This document shows, one piece after another, positions 39,360 through 48,994 of a stretch of DNA of 64,000 nucleotides. Source of the stretch: a virus. The notes beneath the pieces were generated by a model. The model was given only the letters and a program-made list of their open reading frames with translations, made no database searches and was not told the origin of the DNA. The first letter of the stretch is position 1. Every line of letters begins with the position of its first letter. Location of the stretch: the IMG/VR virus record IMGVR_UViG_3300042566_000762, positions 1 through 64,000 of that record. One strand, given 5' to 3'. A program made the position numbers and the translations under genes.

Positions 39360-39536
39360 CTAAAATAGTTTGTTTTTTCTTATAGTTTCTTCTTTTTGTA
39401 ACCTCTTTCTTTTAGAAGGTTTGATAAAGTTCTTCCTTTCTCTAAGTTCTTCTATTTGTTTTATGGACTGAACTCTCTTTTTGTAATCTTTTATTGCCCA
39501 CTCTATGTTTCCACCTTTAACACTTACTACTAACAT
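39360..39536 (-). CDS. rpsU: Phage-encoded 30S ribosomal protein bS21 (58 aa, absent from ORF track)
   Basis: MLVVSVKGGNIEWAIKDYKKRVQSIKQIEELRERKNFIKPSKRKRLQKEETIRKNKLF: V.V..NIE.A...K, ELR.R..F.KPS..R signature. Confidence 0.9.
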   Translation of the reverse strand: MLVVSVKGGNIEWAIKDYKKRVQSIKQIEELRERKNFIKPSKRKRLQKEETIRKNKLF

Positions 39537-39540
39537 TCTT

Positions 39541-39912
39541 CTATTGTAAATTTGTCAACTTGTATTTTGTTGAGTATAATAAAGTTACAATATTATCTAT
39601 GTCGTTTTGTAACCAACTCATTTGTAATTTTTCGTCTTTTCTTAATTTTGCAACTACTGCAATCAATTTATCAAAATATCCAATAATATTTTTAATATCA
39701 TTATTTGTATCTAAACCACTTACCGGTTGTAATTTAATCAATCCGTATTGTCCTTGATATGCTTCAACTAAACCATCCACTAATCCGCCAATTGTATCGT
39801 AATAGTTTCCCAACGCAATATGTGCTGAAAATGAACCAACACCTTTAACTCCTACATGGAATGAATGTGTTTGTGTTCTACTATGTAATAACAATGAAGC
39901 TAATTGTTCCAA
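39541..39912 (-). CDS. Ferritin/Dps-like four-helix protein
   Basis: H..H...SAHIALGNYYD....D.LVEAYQGQYG, LQNDID, STKYKL. Confidence 0.7.
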   Translation of the reverse strand: MEQLASLLLHSRTQTHSFHVGVKGVGSFSAHIALGNYYDTIGGLVDGLVEAYQGQYGLIKLQPVSGLDTNNDIKNIIGYFDKLIAVVAKLRKDEKLQMSWLQNDIDNIVTLLYSTKYKLTNLQ

Positions 39913-39913
39913 T

Positions 39914-40339
39914 TTATTTTGTTTTATTTTCTTTAATTCCCAATCTTTGTTTCATTACTTCTTCGGATAAATCTGCTATTTCAAAATATCTACCCAATAC
40001 ATGTCCCATATCTTCATATAGAGCTTCCAATCTTTGTTGTTGAGATTGAGCTTCTACTGCTTCTTTTTCAAATGAAGTTTGTAATTTCTTTAACTCACTC
40101 ATATTTCTTTTAATAGTCACTCTATCGAACCAGTCACCACCTTCTCTCAAAGTATATTCTTGTGCTGCATCCGCAATTCCACCTAATGTTTCTGCGATTT
40201 GCATAATATCGGATTTTCTACTCATACCTTCTCTATGTTGGTTATAAGTTGAAATGATTTCTAAAAAATGTCTTTTTAATTCGGTTGGAAGTTGTTGAAA
40301 CTCTTCGGTTTCTCTTAATATATTTCTTAACTTTATCAT
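39914..40339 (-). CDS. Head-module hypothetical protein (probable internal/core protein)
   Basis: MIKLRNILRE leader, coiled coil; between protease and scaffold. Confidence 0.6.
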   Translation of the reverse strand: MIKLRNILRETEEFQQLPTELKRHFLEIISTYNQHREGMSRKSDIMQIAETLGGIADAAQEYTLREGGDWFDRVTIKRNMSELKKLQTSFEKEAVEAQSQQQRLEALYEDMGHVLGRYFEIADLSEEVMKQRLGIKENKTK

Positions 40340-40342
40340 ATA

Positions 40343-40621
40343 CTATTTCTTTAAAATATCGTTTTTCTTAATTTTTGTAATTGCTTGCATTAATTGTTGT
40401 CTATCCATACCTAATGCATCTATTATTTTTGCAATAATTAATTGTTCCTTTTTCTTTGGTAAATTATATCCTTTTACGATACTAATTGTTCTATCTAAAA
40501 ATCTTTGTACCTGTGATGGCAATGCTACATCCATATCTTCCAAATCTTCATTCATTTCAGCTTTTGAAACAACTTTTACACTTGTGTAATTATTTGGTAT
40601 CAAATTTATTAACTTTGCCAT
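40343..40621 (-). CDS. Head-module hypothetical protein
   Basis: MAKLINLIP...MNE leader; coupled spacing. Confidence 0.55.
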   Translation of the reverse strand: MAKLINLIPNNYTSVKVVSKAEMNEDLEDMDVALPSQVQRFLDRTISIVKGYNLPKKKEQLIIAKIIDALGMDRQQLMQAITKIKKNDILKK

Positions 40622-40622
40622 A

Positions 40623-41213
40623 TTAATTAAGTTCTATTATAATTTCTCTCATTAAATCTTGTGACCTACACCACTTACCACATTCTTCTGCTATCTTTGC
40701 CCATTGTTTTGATTCTTGCAAAGGTGCCATAAATGCTCCATGTGTTGATGGATTGGATACGAAATCCCATCCAACTAATTCAAAGTCTTCCTGAACCATT
40801 ACAGTCCCATCTCTCATTTCTTTTACCGAACCCAATCCTCTTGATGAAATACCTAAACGAATATTATTTTTTAATAATTCTTTTAATATATTTCCTGATG
40901 GTGTTGAAAGTATTTCTACTACACCACATACATCATCACCTTCCCAATAGATTTCTCTAATGTTATGTGATACATTCTTTAAGTTGATAACCGGAGATTC
41001 AGGATGGTCTAACTCACCTAATGCTCTACGTTCTTTAATAAGTTGTTCGTATTTTTTACACTCTCTTTCTAAAATTTCTCTAGGATATCTTCTATTATTT
41101 TGATTTGGAGCACCTGCTCTTTGCAAAATTCCCTTAACTAAATAAGTTCCGTTTTCTTCTTGTTGAAGTTTTGCCTCAAACAAATGTGTTTCTATTAATA
41201 ATCCTTTATTCAT
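40623..41213 (-). CDS. gp21: Prohead core protein protease (gp21-like)
   Basis: NQNNRRYP, ALGELDHP, VSH, TPSG, GISSRGLGS, DFVSNPSTHGA. Confidence 0.96.
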   Translation of the reverse strand: MNKGLLIETHLFEAKLQQEENGTYLVKGILQRAGAPNQNNRRYPREILERECKKYEQLIKERRALGELDHPESPVINLKNVSHNIREIYWEGDDVCGVVEILSTPSGNILKELLKNNIRLGISSRGLGSVKEMRDGTVMVQEDFELVGWDFVSNPSTHGAFMAPLQESKQWAKIAEECGKWCRSQDLMREIIIELN

Positions 41214-41214
41214 A

Positions 41215-41508
41215 TTAATCTTTCTTTCTTAATGCTGCTAAATCACTTCCTTCTATTTCACCATCTTTATCAACATCGATTTTCTTTTGTCCAGCAGTTA
41301 ATTCAGCTTCATTGTATCCTCTCAATCTTCCTTCCGATTTTGCTTTGTATGCAGTATCTACGGCATTAAAGAATTTTTTCTTATCATCGTCAGACATAGA
41401 AGATATATCTTTACCACTTTTATCTAACATTGTTTTAAATAATTGTTGGTAATCTTGTTCTTCTTTAACAACTTGTCTAATAAGTTCTTTTAATTCTGAT
41501 TTTTTCAT
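41215..41508 (-). CDS. Small head protein with EF-hand-like C-terminus
   Basis: ELKELIRQVVKEE; QKKIDVDKDGEIEGSDLAALR. Confidence 0.6.
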   Translation of the reverse strand: MKKSELKELIRQVVKEEQDYQQLFKTMLDKSGKDISSMSDDDKKKFFNAVDTAYKAKSEGRLRGYNEAELTAGQKKIDVDKDGEIEGSDLAALRKKD

Positions 41509-42095
41509 TATTCTGAAATTTGTCTGATTTTTTGGTCTAATTTTAATAATCTTTCCTTTATAGTATAAATATGACTATTTGTTCTTTTCCAATAACTTTT
41601 ATTATTTACACCACTTTCATTTTTAATTTTACCATACCAATTAAGAAATCGTTCCATTTCTTTTAATTGTTTGTTGATATTAGAAATACCCCTGCCAATT
41701 TTGGCTTGGGCAGTTGCTTCTTCGTTTTTTAATTCCAACCAACGATTTTCATTAACTGGAGTATATCCCGTAAGGTCTGCTTGTCTTTTTGCTTTTTTCT
41801 TCTCACCACCTTTTCCACTAAATGCAAATGGAGTATTATATCCTTCTGCAGAAGCAGTTGTATTCATTTCATCGAGCATACTATTTCTAAGTATTTCACG
41901 AATTTTTTCTTTGAATGCTTCTTTAACATGGTCAGGTAAACCATCATGAGATGTTGATGCGAAGTCTTTAGCATCTTTATCAGTCATTGAATCGGCTGCT
42001 TTACTAACTTCTGGAGATGGATTTTCCATATCACCTTTTTGAGCGGCATGAACCATGCCCATAAATCTTTGTTGTGCTTTACTTTTTGCTGGCAT
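41508..42095 (-). CDS. Multi-module head protein (MPAKSKAQQRFMG...KDFAST.H.GLP module)
   Basis: Short basic modules separated by LDE and VNE motifs. Confidence 0.6.
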   Translation of the reverse strand: MPAKSKAQQRFMGMVHAAQKGDMENPSPEVSKAADSMTDKDAKDFASTSHDGLPDHVKEAFKEKIREILRNSMLDEMNTTASAEGYNTPFAFSGKGGEKKKAKRQADLTGYTPVNENRWLELKNEEATAQAKIGRGISNINKQLKEMERFLNWYGKIKNESGVNNKSYWKRTNSHIYTIKERLLKLDQKIRQISE

Positions 42096-42954
42096 TTCTT
42101 AATTCATTTAATAATTCATATGTCATCATCAATGCTGAAAGGTGTTGTTCTTTAATTCTCTTAACTGATTTAACTTTTCTTATATTAGAAATAGTTTCTG
42201 CTAATTTGATTTGAGTTATTTTGTCAGAAATTTTACCACCAATTTCTTTTAAAGAATTAATTAAATTAGTAACTTCGGTTGAAACATACTCATTTAATTT
42301 ACCAGTATTATTAATGTTATTAATATATTCTCTTAATAATCCCTTTTGGTCGTTTGATAAATTTTTATACTTTGTGTTAAATGATTCTACCAACAATTTA
42401 TATGATACTGCTCTCAAATCTTCATCTTGTTTTCTATATTCTTCCATAACCGCATCTTTAATCTTAATTTCTTTATTTTGAATAGAGGAATTAATTATAT
42501 TTTCTGCAATTGTAAATCTAGAAGATACAACATCGGTTGGGTCAAATGATTCTTCGGATGTAACTGTTTCAAATATCTTATAAATAGATGCAAGAGTTTT
42601 ATAGTTTGATATTGGAGATTTGATAAACTCATCCAAATTATAAGTTTCTTTAATTTCTTTAATTAAATTATATTTTTCTTTTGTAAGTTTTTTCTCATCT
42701 ATTTTTTTACGAGCTTCTAATATTGTATTGATGAATTGTTCAGCTTTACTTTCTGAATTGTATTTTTCATTAATAAGATATTGGTATAATTTCAATTCTT
42801 TTGATAATTCTTTTTTAGAATTAAAATGTTCTTTTAAAATCTTTTCTGCTACTGATTTATTGGCAGACATAATCTCTGATGTGATTTGTCTTACTAATAA
42901 TTCAAATATAAATCCAGTATTTTTAAACTTCGAATGTTTTATTTTTTTCATCAA
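42079..42954 (-). CDS. Helical protein downstream of portal (putative prohead core component)
   Basis: KHSKFKNTGFIFELLVRQIT; position between portal and protease. Confidence 0.6.
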   Translation of the reverse strand: MMKKIKHSKFKNTGFIFELLVRQITSEIMSANKSVAEKILKEHFNSKKELSKELKLYQYLINEKYNSESKAEQFINTILEARKKIDEKKLTKEKYNLIKEIKETYNLDEFIKSPISNYKTLASIYKIFETVTSEESFDPTDVVSSRFTIAENIINSSIQNKEIKIKDAVMEEYRKQDEDLRAVSYKLLVESFNTKYKNLSNDQKGLLREYINNINNTGKLNEYVSTEVTNLINSLKEIGGKISDKITQIKLAETISNIRKVKSVKRIKEQHLSALMMTYELLNELRNASKK

Positions 42955-42999
42955 TTTGTCTAATTTGTCAGATATAAATATATTTTTTCTATTGGTTTA

Positions 43000-44739
43000 T
43001 TACTCTTTATTGAAATCTTCCGTTAAAATAGTTTTTTTATTACCATTCATATCTTTAAATATCTCCTGATAATTATTTCTTGGTTTATATTTTACGGAAC
43101 CTTCTTTTGCTTTAAGTGTCTTAATTCCCAATGGGTCTCTACCTTCTGGATGGTCATCCTTACCATATCTAACGGGGTCTTTAGGTCTACCCACACCATC
43201 TTCTTCTAATTCGGTTTTTAATCTATTCAATTCTTCTTCTACATTTGTAGGGCCCTCTGTTCCAGTTTCTTTTGCCGGGTCCATACCCTGAGTTTCGATA
43301 GATGTTAAACGGAATGTTTGTTTAGTATCATCTAATACTTGCAATGTCATTTCATCTTGTTCATCTTTCGCCATTTTCATTACCGCATCATACATCCATT
43401 CTTTAGAGAACATCTTTGTTTGTTGCATTTGTTGAATTAGAGCTACCTTAGAGGTGTATAACTCAACTTGCTCTTGCTCATAGATTTTAGATGGGATAGT
43501 TAATTCTAATGAAAAATTAGTTAATCTATCATCATCGATACCTTGTGCATATAAATGAACAATTGCAATTTTAGTTAATTCTGAAATAATTACTCTTTGA
43601 ACTCTTTCGATTGTTTTTGCAAAACGGATATCCATTGCTGCAAGAGTTGCTTTACCATTTGTATCTTCTTCATAACCCATATATGCTTTTGGAATCTTCA
43701 ATGCTGCCATTAACTTACCTTTCAAGTAGTTAATATCATCAATCATATTATATTCCAAACCTTTTAGAGTATCAATTGAAGTTCCATTATCATTACCACG
43801 AACTGGCATATAATAATCTTCAATAAGGTTTTGCATATTGTATTTTAAGTTATACTCACCCGTTCTTTCATCAACAAAAGGAACTTTTTTAGATGAGTTT
43901 ATAATTTTTTGCATGTAATTATCCACTTCATTTGGTGGAATATTACCTACATCAATTTTAAAAATTCTCTTTTCAGGAGCTCTCATTACTCTATGAATTA
44001 ACATAGCATCTTCCATTAACATTAATTGTTTCCAAACTCTTCTACCACCTTCAATCATTGATTTACCATAAGGTAAGAAGTTTGAATCCGAATTTAAACG
44101 GAAGTGTGCCATTTCATAGTTTTCAAATTCTTTCTTTGCAGATTGTCCTACTGAATTATATGGATTTTGGTATGGAGCGTATACAAACTTAACTCTTTGT
44201 GGATTTTCTGGGTCGAATCCTTCTACCCTACTCATTTCATATACCGATAATGGTGCAACACCAACGATACCAACTTTGTCTGCCATTTCTAATTGTAAAA
44301 AGAAATCACCATATTTAACCAAATTTCTAGCCCATGGCCATAAATTAAATTCAACATTAAGAATATCGTAAAATAAATTTTCTAATATTTGTTTAATATT
44401 GTCATCCTCATGATGGATTTTTAAAACATTACCCATTTCATTTCTAGCAGTACTTTCATCTGCATAGACATCCAATGCCGATGATAATATCGGGTCCATA
44501 TCCATAGAATCATAGTCTCTAAATAAATCTATTCTAACTTGTTGATATGCCATTGAAGATTCAACTTGGCCACTACCATAGTTAGTGACTTTCATTTTCA
44601 TAAATCTATCAACCAAATTTGTGGTCATATTTTGCCACTCATCGGTATCAACAACTTTTATACCATCTTGCGTTTGACGAACAATTGTATTTGTTGAAAA
44701 TAATTTTTGTAACCTACTAAATATTGTTTTATCTGCCAT
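43000..44739 (-). CDS. gp20: Portal protein (gp20-like)
   Basis: YGKSMIE, QLMLMEDAMLIHRVMRAPEKRIFKIDVGNIP, EDYYMPVRG, IDTLKG, LKIPK, DIRF. Confidence 0.97.
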   Translation of the reverse strand: MADKTIFSRLQKLFSTNTIVRQTQDGIKVVDTDEWQNMTTNLVDRFMKMKVTNYGSGQVESSMAYQQVRIDLFRDYDSMDMDPILSSALDVYADESTARNEMGNVLKIHHEDDNIKQILENLFYDILNVEFNLWPWARNLVKYGDFFLQLEMADKVGIVGVAPLSVYEMSRVEGFDPENPQRVKFVYAPYQNPYNSVGQSAKKEFENYEMAHFRLNSDSNFLPYGKSMIEGGRRVWKQLMLMEDAMLIHRVMRAPEKRIFKIDVGNIPPNEVDNYMQKIINSSKKVPFVDERTGEYNLKYNMQNLIEDYYMPVRGNDNGTSIDTLKGLEYNMIDDINYLKGKLMAALKIPKAYMGYEEDTNGKATLAAMDIRFAKTIERVQRVIISELTKIAIVHLYAQGIDDDRLTNFSLELTIPSKIYEQEQVELYTSKVALIQQMQQTKMFSKEWMYDAVMKMAKDEQDEMTLQVLDDTKQTFRLTSIETQGMDPAKETGTEGPTNVEEELNRLKTELEEDGVGRPKDPVRYGKDDHPEGRDPLGIKTLKAKEGSVKYKPRNNYQEIFKDMNGNKKTILTEDFNKE

Positions 44740-44760
44740 TTTAATATAATTCTATTTTTC

Positions 44761-44792
44761 TAAATATATGAAAAATTTTTCAATTTTCCAAA
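44761..44792 (-). promoter_or_regulatory. TTTG-N20-TATATTTA promoter upstream of the portal gene
   Basis: Minus strand TTTG GAAAATTGAAAAATTTTTCA TATATTTA. Confidence 0.6.
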
Positions 44793-45986
44793 TTACCACT
44801 TTCTACAACTCCAATATCTTGCCTTGTGTCTTGGTCCTGGACTATCACAATTATGTCTTGCTCTAAAAGATTTTCTCGCTTTGGGATTAGACTTTCTTAT
44901 TCTCATCGTTTTCTCACCTTTGGATGCTGCGGATGTTCCACCATGTCCAAAGTTTACCTTTACTACATTACCAGCTGGGTTCTTTACATATACTTTAAAT
45001 TTCTTAACATCACCTGCCATTGGTTTACCTAACTTAACTTCTCTACCCTGATATTCTGCTTCTCTTAAACATTGACATCCTTCATTTAAGTTTTTATCAT
45101 ATGCTCTCATAAATGAAATGAAATCCTCCATATCCTCATCTTCTACATCATATTCTTCAGGTTCAACTAAACCATAATTTACATCATCGTCACTATTAAT
45201 ATCTTCACTTATAGGAACACAATTTGGAACCATTTTACCATTTTTCATTTTACCACCAACTTGCTTATAACCGTCCCAACAAGCTTCGTTTACTACACCT
45301 TCACCGAACATACCTACAAAATCACCTTGATATTTGTTACCAGGTCTGCCCGACATTGCCGTTGCGAAATCTTTTCTAACTTTTTCTTTTCCTTTAGCTA
45401 TAAAGTTAAAAAGGTTTTTAGCATTCAAATTAAAATCATCTATAAATTTTTGTACTATACTATCACGTGTGCCCGTCAATTTAGCAATTTCTTTTGCTTC
45501 TTTGCCCGCCACTTCACTTATTACATTTTCGCTACAAGTTTTCCAACCACCACCTTTTGATTTGTAGTTTTTTGCAGCCCATCCATTTGCATAAGCCGAT
45601 GGATATACATCAAATTTAGATTTTGCAGCTGCTTTACTTGCAGACCACTTACCTGGGTCAGTTGGACAATTCTTTTCTAAAAATAAATTTAGTTTTTCTT
45701 CTATGTTCATAGTTTCATTTTTTGGTTTAGTAGAAACATATATTGGTGTTTTACCTTGTCCACTACTATTTTTACCACCTCTTCCTGCATCATTTTGTGC
45801 AGCTCTCTTTCTACGAGTTGCACTTTCTTTTTCTTTTTTACTCATTCCGGCTGCTTTTGCCGCAGGAACACATTTAGCATATCCTTTCTTTTCTCCCGAA
45901 GTTCCACATGGTGGGTGCTTGCCATCGACTTTTTTGCCGATGTTTACCCATTTTTCTTTAAACCACTTATTCAAATCTTCGTTCAT
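44793..45986 (-). CDS. Multi-module basic protein (probable internal head polyprotein)
   Basis: Modules WFKEKWV..PCG..KCVP; KFDVYPSAYANGW; CWDGYKQVG..VPNCVP; AEYQGREVKLGKP..RKSFRARHNC..YWSCRKW, separated by xxE motifs. Confidence 0.7.
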   Translation of the reverse strand: MNEDLNKWFKEKWVNIGKKVDGKHPPCGTSGEKKGYAKCVPAAKAAGMSKKEKESATRRKRAAQNDAGRGGKNSSGQGKTPIYVSTKPKNETMNIEEKLNLFLEKNCPTDPGKWSASKAAAKSKFDVYPSAYANGWAAKNYKSKGGGWKTCSENVISEVAGKEAKEIAKLTGTRDSIVQKFIDDFNLNAKNLFNFIAKGKEKVRKDFATAMSGRPGNKYQGDFVGMFGEGVVNEACWDGYKQVGGKMKNGKMVPNCVPISEDINSDDDVNYGLVEPEEYDVEDEDMEDFISFMRAYDKNLNEGCQCLREAEYQGREVKLGKPMAGDVKKFKVYVKNPAGNVVKVNFGHGGTSAASKGEKTMRIRKSNPKARKSFRARHNCDSPGPRHKARYWSCRKW

Positions 45987-46019
45987 CTATAATAGTTTCA
46001 ACATATAAATATAAAAAAA

Positions 46020-47627
46020 TTACTTTAGTAACCAAGTTAGATTTTCAGTATTTCCTCTAGTGTCATTCATTTCATATGGATTTGTTTTTAGATGGCCTGT
46101 TGAGATTAATCCTTCATATTTGTTTATATGTGCTGAGTTTAACATTTGTTTTGTCAAATCTATACCTTCTTGTTTCAATCTCAGTGCAGTATTACGAACC
46201 CAAAGTCCAATACCCAACGCCATAATAAGGTCATCATTATATCCTTTCATTGCTTCTGCTCTACCATTCTGCCAAATGAACGTAAACATTTCATCTATCA
46301 ATCTACTTGAACGAATTAGAATATCTTTTTCATTCATATATGTGTCTAATGCTGAAATAATAAGTGGACGAGTTTTACTGGTCGTTGAAAATCCTGCAAC
46401 CATTTGTCTTTCGTCTCTATAATATTTGTTTGACATTTGTCTTTCCGTATCAATATATTTCAAATCATTACTCATATAGAATAAGTTTTGATATCCTCTA
46501 TTGATAATTTGTTGAATACATGCCCAACCTACATTTGAGTTCTCTACTACTAAAAGTGCGTTATTATATTCGGTTGCCAATGCAGTTAAAAAGTTTCCAA
46601 AATCTTTTGTGTCAATTTTACCTCTATATTCTGCAACTTGGGAACTATCTTCTATATCTATAACTTGTGCAGTAGAATAGTCAGCTCCGTCACCACGTGC
46701 AACGTCCGCACATACCATATATGCTCTATTGTAATTTGGATGTTCCCATACCCAAAGATTATTATCAAATCCTCTTTTTTGTGCAGGTTCCATCACATAT
46801 GTATCTTTATACCATGTCAATAATGCCGGTTCAAATACCGTATCACCTGAACCAACAAAGTCACAATCACATTCTTGTGCCGCACCTTTAACTCCTAAGA
46901 TTTTAGTTTGTTCATCTCTCCATGCCTGATTCCTTTCTGGGTGAACTGTCCAATGTAGATTGATATTATTAAATCCATTTTGGCCACTTTCTCCGTCTAC
47001 CCACATTTTATGAAACCAATTACCAATACCATTTGGAGTTGATAATACGATTGCAGCACCACCTGTTGATAGAGTCGATTGTGCTGATAACCAAATTTCA
47101 TCAATATCTCTAATGAATGCAGCTTCATCCACAACTAATAGGGATAAGGCTTCGGAACGACCTGCGTCCGGAGAACTTGCGATTGCTTTTACTTGTGAAC
47201 CATTTTTTAATTTAAGAGAAAGTTTGTTATCTTCTACCGAACTACTACCCCCATCTCTTAACCAAATAGGAAGTAAGTCGTGCATAACTCTTACCTTCTC
47301 TACCAGATTCTTCGCTACGGTCACTTTTGTTGCGATTACCAATGCATTGAAGTCTTGATTGAATAACATCTTCCATAAAATATATCCTGCAGATAAGGTC
47401 GATAGACCCAACTGGCGGGATTTAAGAATAATGTTAAAACGATTATCTTTAAAGTCTGTTAAACAATTTTCCTGGAATGGATAAAGGTGAAAGGGTATTT
47501 TTCCTCTCACCGGATGTTGAATGACACAATACTTCTTCATAAAGTAAATTGGGTCTAACGCACACTTGCGATATTCTTCAGCAATTATCTCTTTTAAGGT
47601 TTTCTTAGGTTGCCCCTGAACTCCCAT
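46020..47627 (-). CDS. gp17: Terminase large subunit (gp17-like)
   Basis: LYPFQ, KSRQLGLST (Walker A), LLVVDEAAFI (Walker B), STPNG, DVARGDGADYS, NDDLIMA. Confidence 0.97.
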   Translation of the reverse strand: MGVQGQPKKTLKEIIAEEYRKCALDPIYFMKKYCVIQHPVRGKIPFHLYPFQENCLTDFKDNRFNIILKSRQLGLSTLSAGYILWKMLFNQDFNALVIATKVTVAKNLVEKVRVMHDLLPIWLRDGGSSSVEDNKLSLKLKNGSQVKAIASSPDAGRSEALSLLVVDEAAFIRDIDEIWLSAQSTLSTGGAAIVLSTPNGIGNWFHKMWVDGESGQNGFNNINLHWTVHPERNQAWRDEQTKILGVKGAAQECDCDFVGSGDTVFEPALLTWYKDTYVMEPAQKRGFDNNLWVWEHPNYNRAYMVCADVARGDGADYSTAQVIDIEDSSQVAEYRGKIDTKDFGNFLTALATEYNNALLVVENSNVGWACIQQIINRGYQNLFYMSNDLKYIDTERQMSNKYYRDERQMVAGFSTTSKTRPLIISALDTYMNEKDILIRSSRLIDEMFTFIWQNGRAEAMKGYNDDLIMALGIGLWVRNTALRLKQEGIDLTKQMLNSAHINKYEGLISTGHLKTNPYEMNDTRGNTENLTWLLK

Positions 47628-48274
47628 TATTTTTTGAATTTAATCTTCCAATAAACACCACCACCAATATATGGAGATAATGTTCCATTAGTTCCATCAG
47701 TTACTCTATTAGCAACACCAACACCAACTTGATAAATTTTGTCTTTTTTGGTTTTTACTAACAATCCTGCACCAACATTTGAAACCACATCTGCTTTATT
47801 AAATCCACCTGTAAAACCATAATATACTTGTGTTTTAGGTAATTCTTTAACAATCATAGTTTCTTTAATAGTTCTTTCTTTAACTTTTGCATCAAAGGTT
47901 CTACCCCATATTTTATTTTGTGAGATTGTATCTGTTACTGAAACTGTTCCTAATGAATCAGGTAATACTAACACATCATTATATAATACTTTTGAATAAT
48001 AATCTTTTAATAAAGCTTGTGTATCTACTACTGCAGGAATTACAACTTCTTTTTCAACGATTGTTTCGTGATAGATATCTTCACCTTTTTTAGTTACTAC
48101 TTTAGTTTTAACTACTTCAAATGTATCGATATCATGTTTAATTACTTCATATTTTTTACCATCAATTCTAACGGTTCTTCCTGGCATCTTTCCACCTGGA
48201 TTAAAATATTCTAATAATACGATTACAACTAATACCGCAATTGCGATGTTTTTTAAATTTAAGAATTTTTTCAT
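47627..48274 (-). CDS. Membrane-anchored protein with C-terminal amphipathic beta strands (candidate spanin-like lysis protein)
   Basis: N-terminal TM segment NIAIAVLVVIVLL; C-terminal YYGFTGG...YQVGVGV...YIGGGVYWKIKF. Confidence 0.5.
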   Translation of the reverse strand: MKKFLNLKNIAIAVLVVIVLLEYFNPGGKMPGRTVRIDGKKYEVIKHDIDTFEVVKTKVVTKKGEDIYHETIVEKEVVIPAVVDTQALLKDYYSKVLYNDVLVLPDSLGTVSVTDTISQNKIWGRTFDAKVKERTIKETMIVKELPKTQVYYGFTGGFNKADVVSNVGAGLLVKTKKDKIYQVGVGVANRVTDGTNGTLSPYIGGGVYWKIKFKK

Positions 48275-48278
48275 AATT

Positions 48279-48947
48279 TTAATTTTTAACTAATTCTGAA
48301 TGATTTAATTCAATCATTTTTTCTTCTAATAATCTTTTTCGTTCTATTAATAATTCAATGGCCTCATATGCACCATCTATATCTTTTTTTAAATCTTCTT
48401 TAACTTTTTCGATATCAACATCCCAAGTCCATGTTTCAATTCTACCATCTTCACCAACCATTTCCATTTGTTTTTTGATACCACCTAAAGCTTCTTCATA
48501 TCTATCTTTTAATTCTCTTACAAATGCCAGTTTATTTCTGGTTATTTTGTAATCTTCATAAAATGGATATGTTCCATCTTCTTTTAATGACCTTTCTTGT
48601 TTATCTAAACAAACAATACATAATCCTGTTTTACGAATTAGTTTTTTATCTGCTGAACTGTATTTTTCCGTTTCACAATTGTCATTAGAACAAGTATTTA
48701 TTTTTTGTAAATATTGTCTAATATCATCCATTTGAGTTACAGCAACTTTAAATCCTTCTTTTTGTTCCCACTCTTTACCATCTTTGTCAGACCACCTTTC
48801 ACCCACTTTTCTTTTTTGTTCAACCTCGCCTTCATAACCATGCACTCGTTGTGTGTTGTCCTCTCTACCAAAAACCGTGTCTATAATGAGTTTACGAGAT
48901 TTGTGCATCCCCTTTGATTTCTCATCAAAACTTTTTCTTTTTGCCAT
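48279..48947 (-). CDS. Hypothetical protein with putative Zn-binding Cys pairs
   Basis: CSNDNC...CIVC followed by a coiled coil. Confidence 0.55.
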   Translation of the reverse strand: MAKRKSFDEKSKGMHKSRKLIIDTVFGREDNTQRVHGYEGEVEQKRKVGERWSDKDGKEWEQKEGFKVAVTQMDDIRQYLQKINTCSNDNCETEKYSSADKKLIRKTGLCIVCLDKQERSLKEDGTYPFYEDYKITRNKLAFVRELKDRYEEALGGIKKQMEMVGEDGRIETWTWDVDIEKVKEDLKKDIDGAYEAIELLIERKRLLEEKMIELNHSELVKN

Positions 48948-48994
48948 ACTAATAACTTTTAAATAACTATTTCTTTATATTATATATATCAAAT

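Noticed and set aside
39173-39360. tRNA or known riboswitch in the intergenic gap
   Set aside because: No cloverleaf, T-loop or recognisable aptamer consensus; kept only as an unclassified structured leader
48279-48947. Terminase small subunit
   Set aside because: Only proximity to TerL supports it; no motif I can recognise
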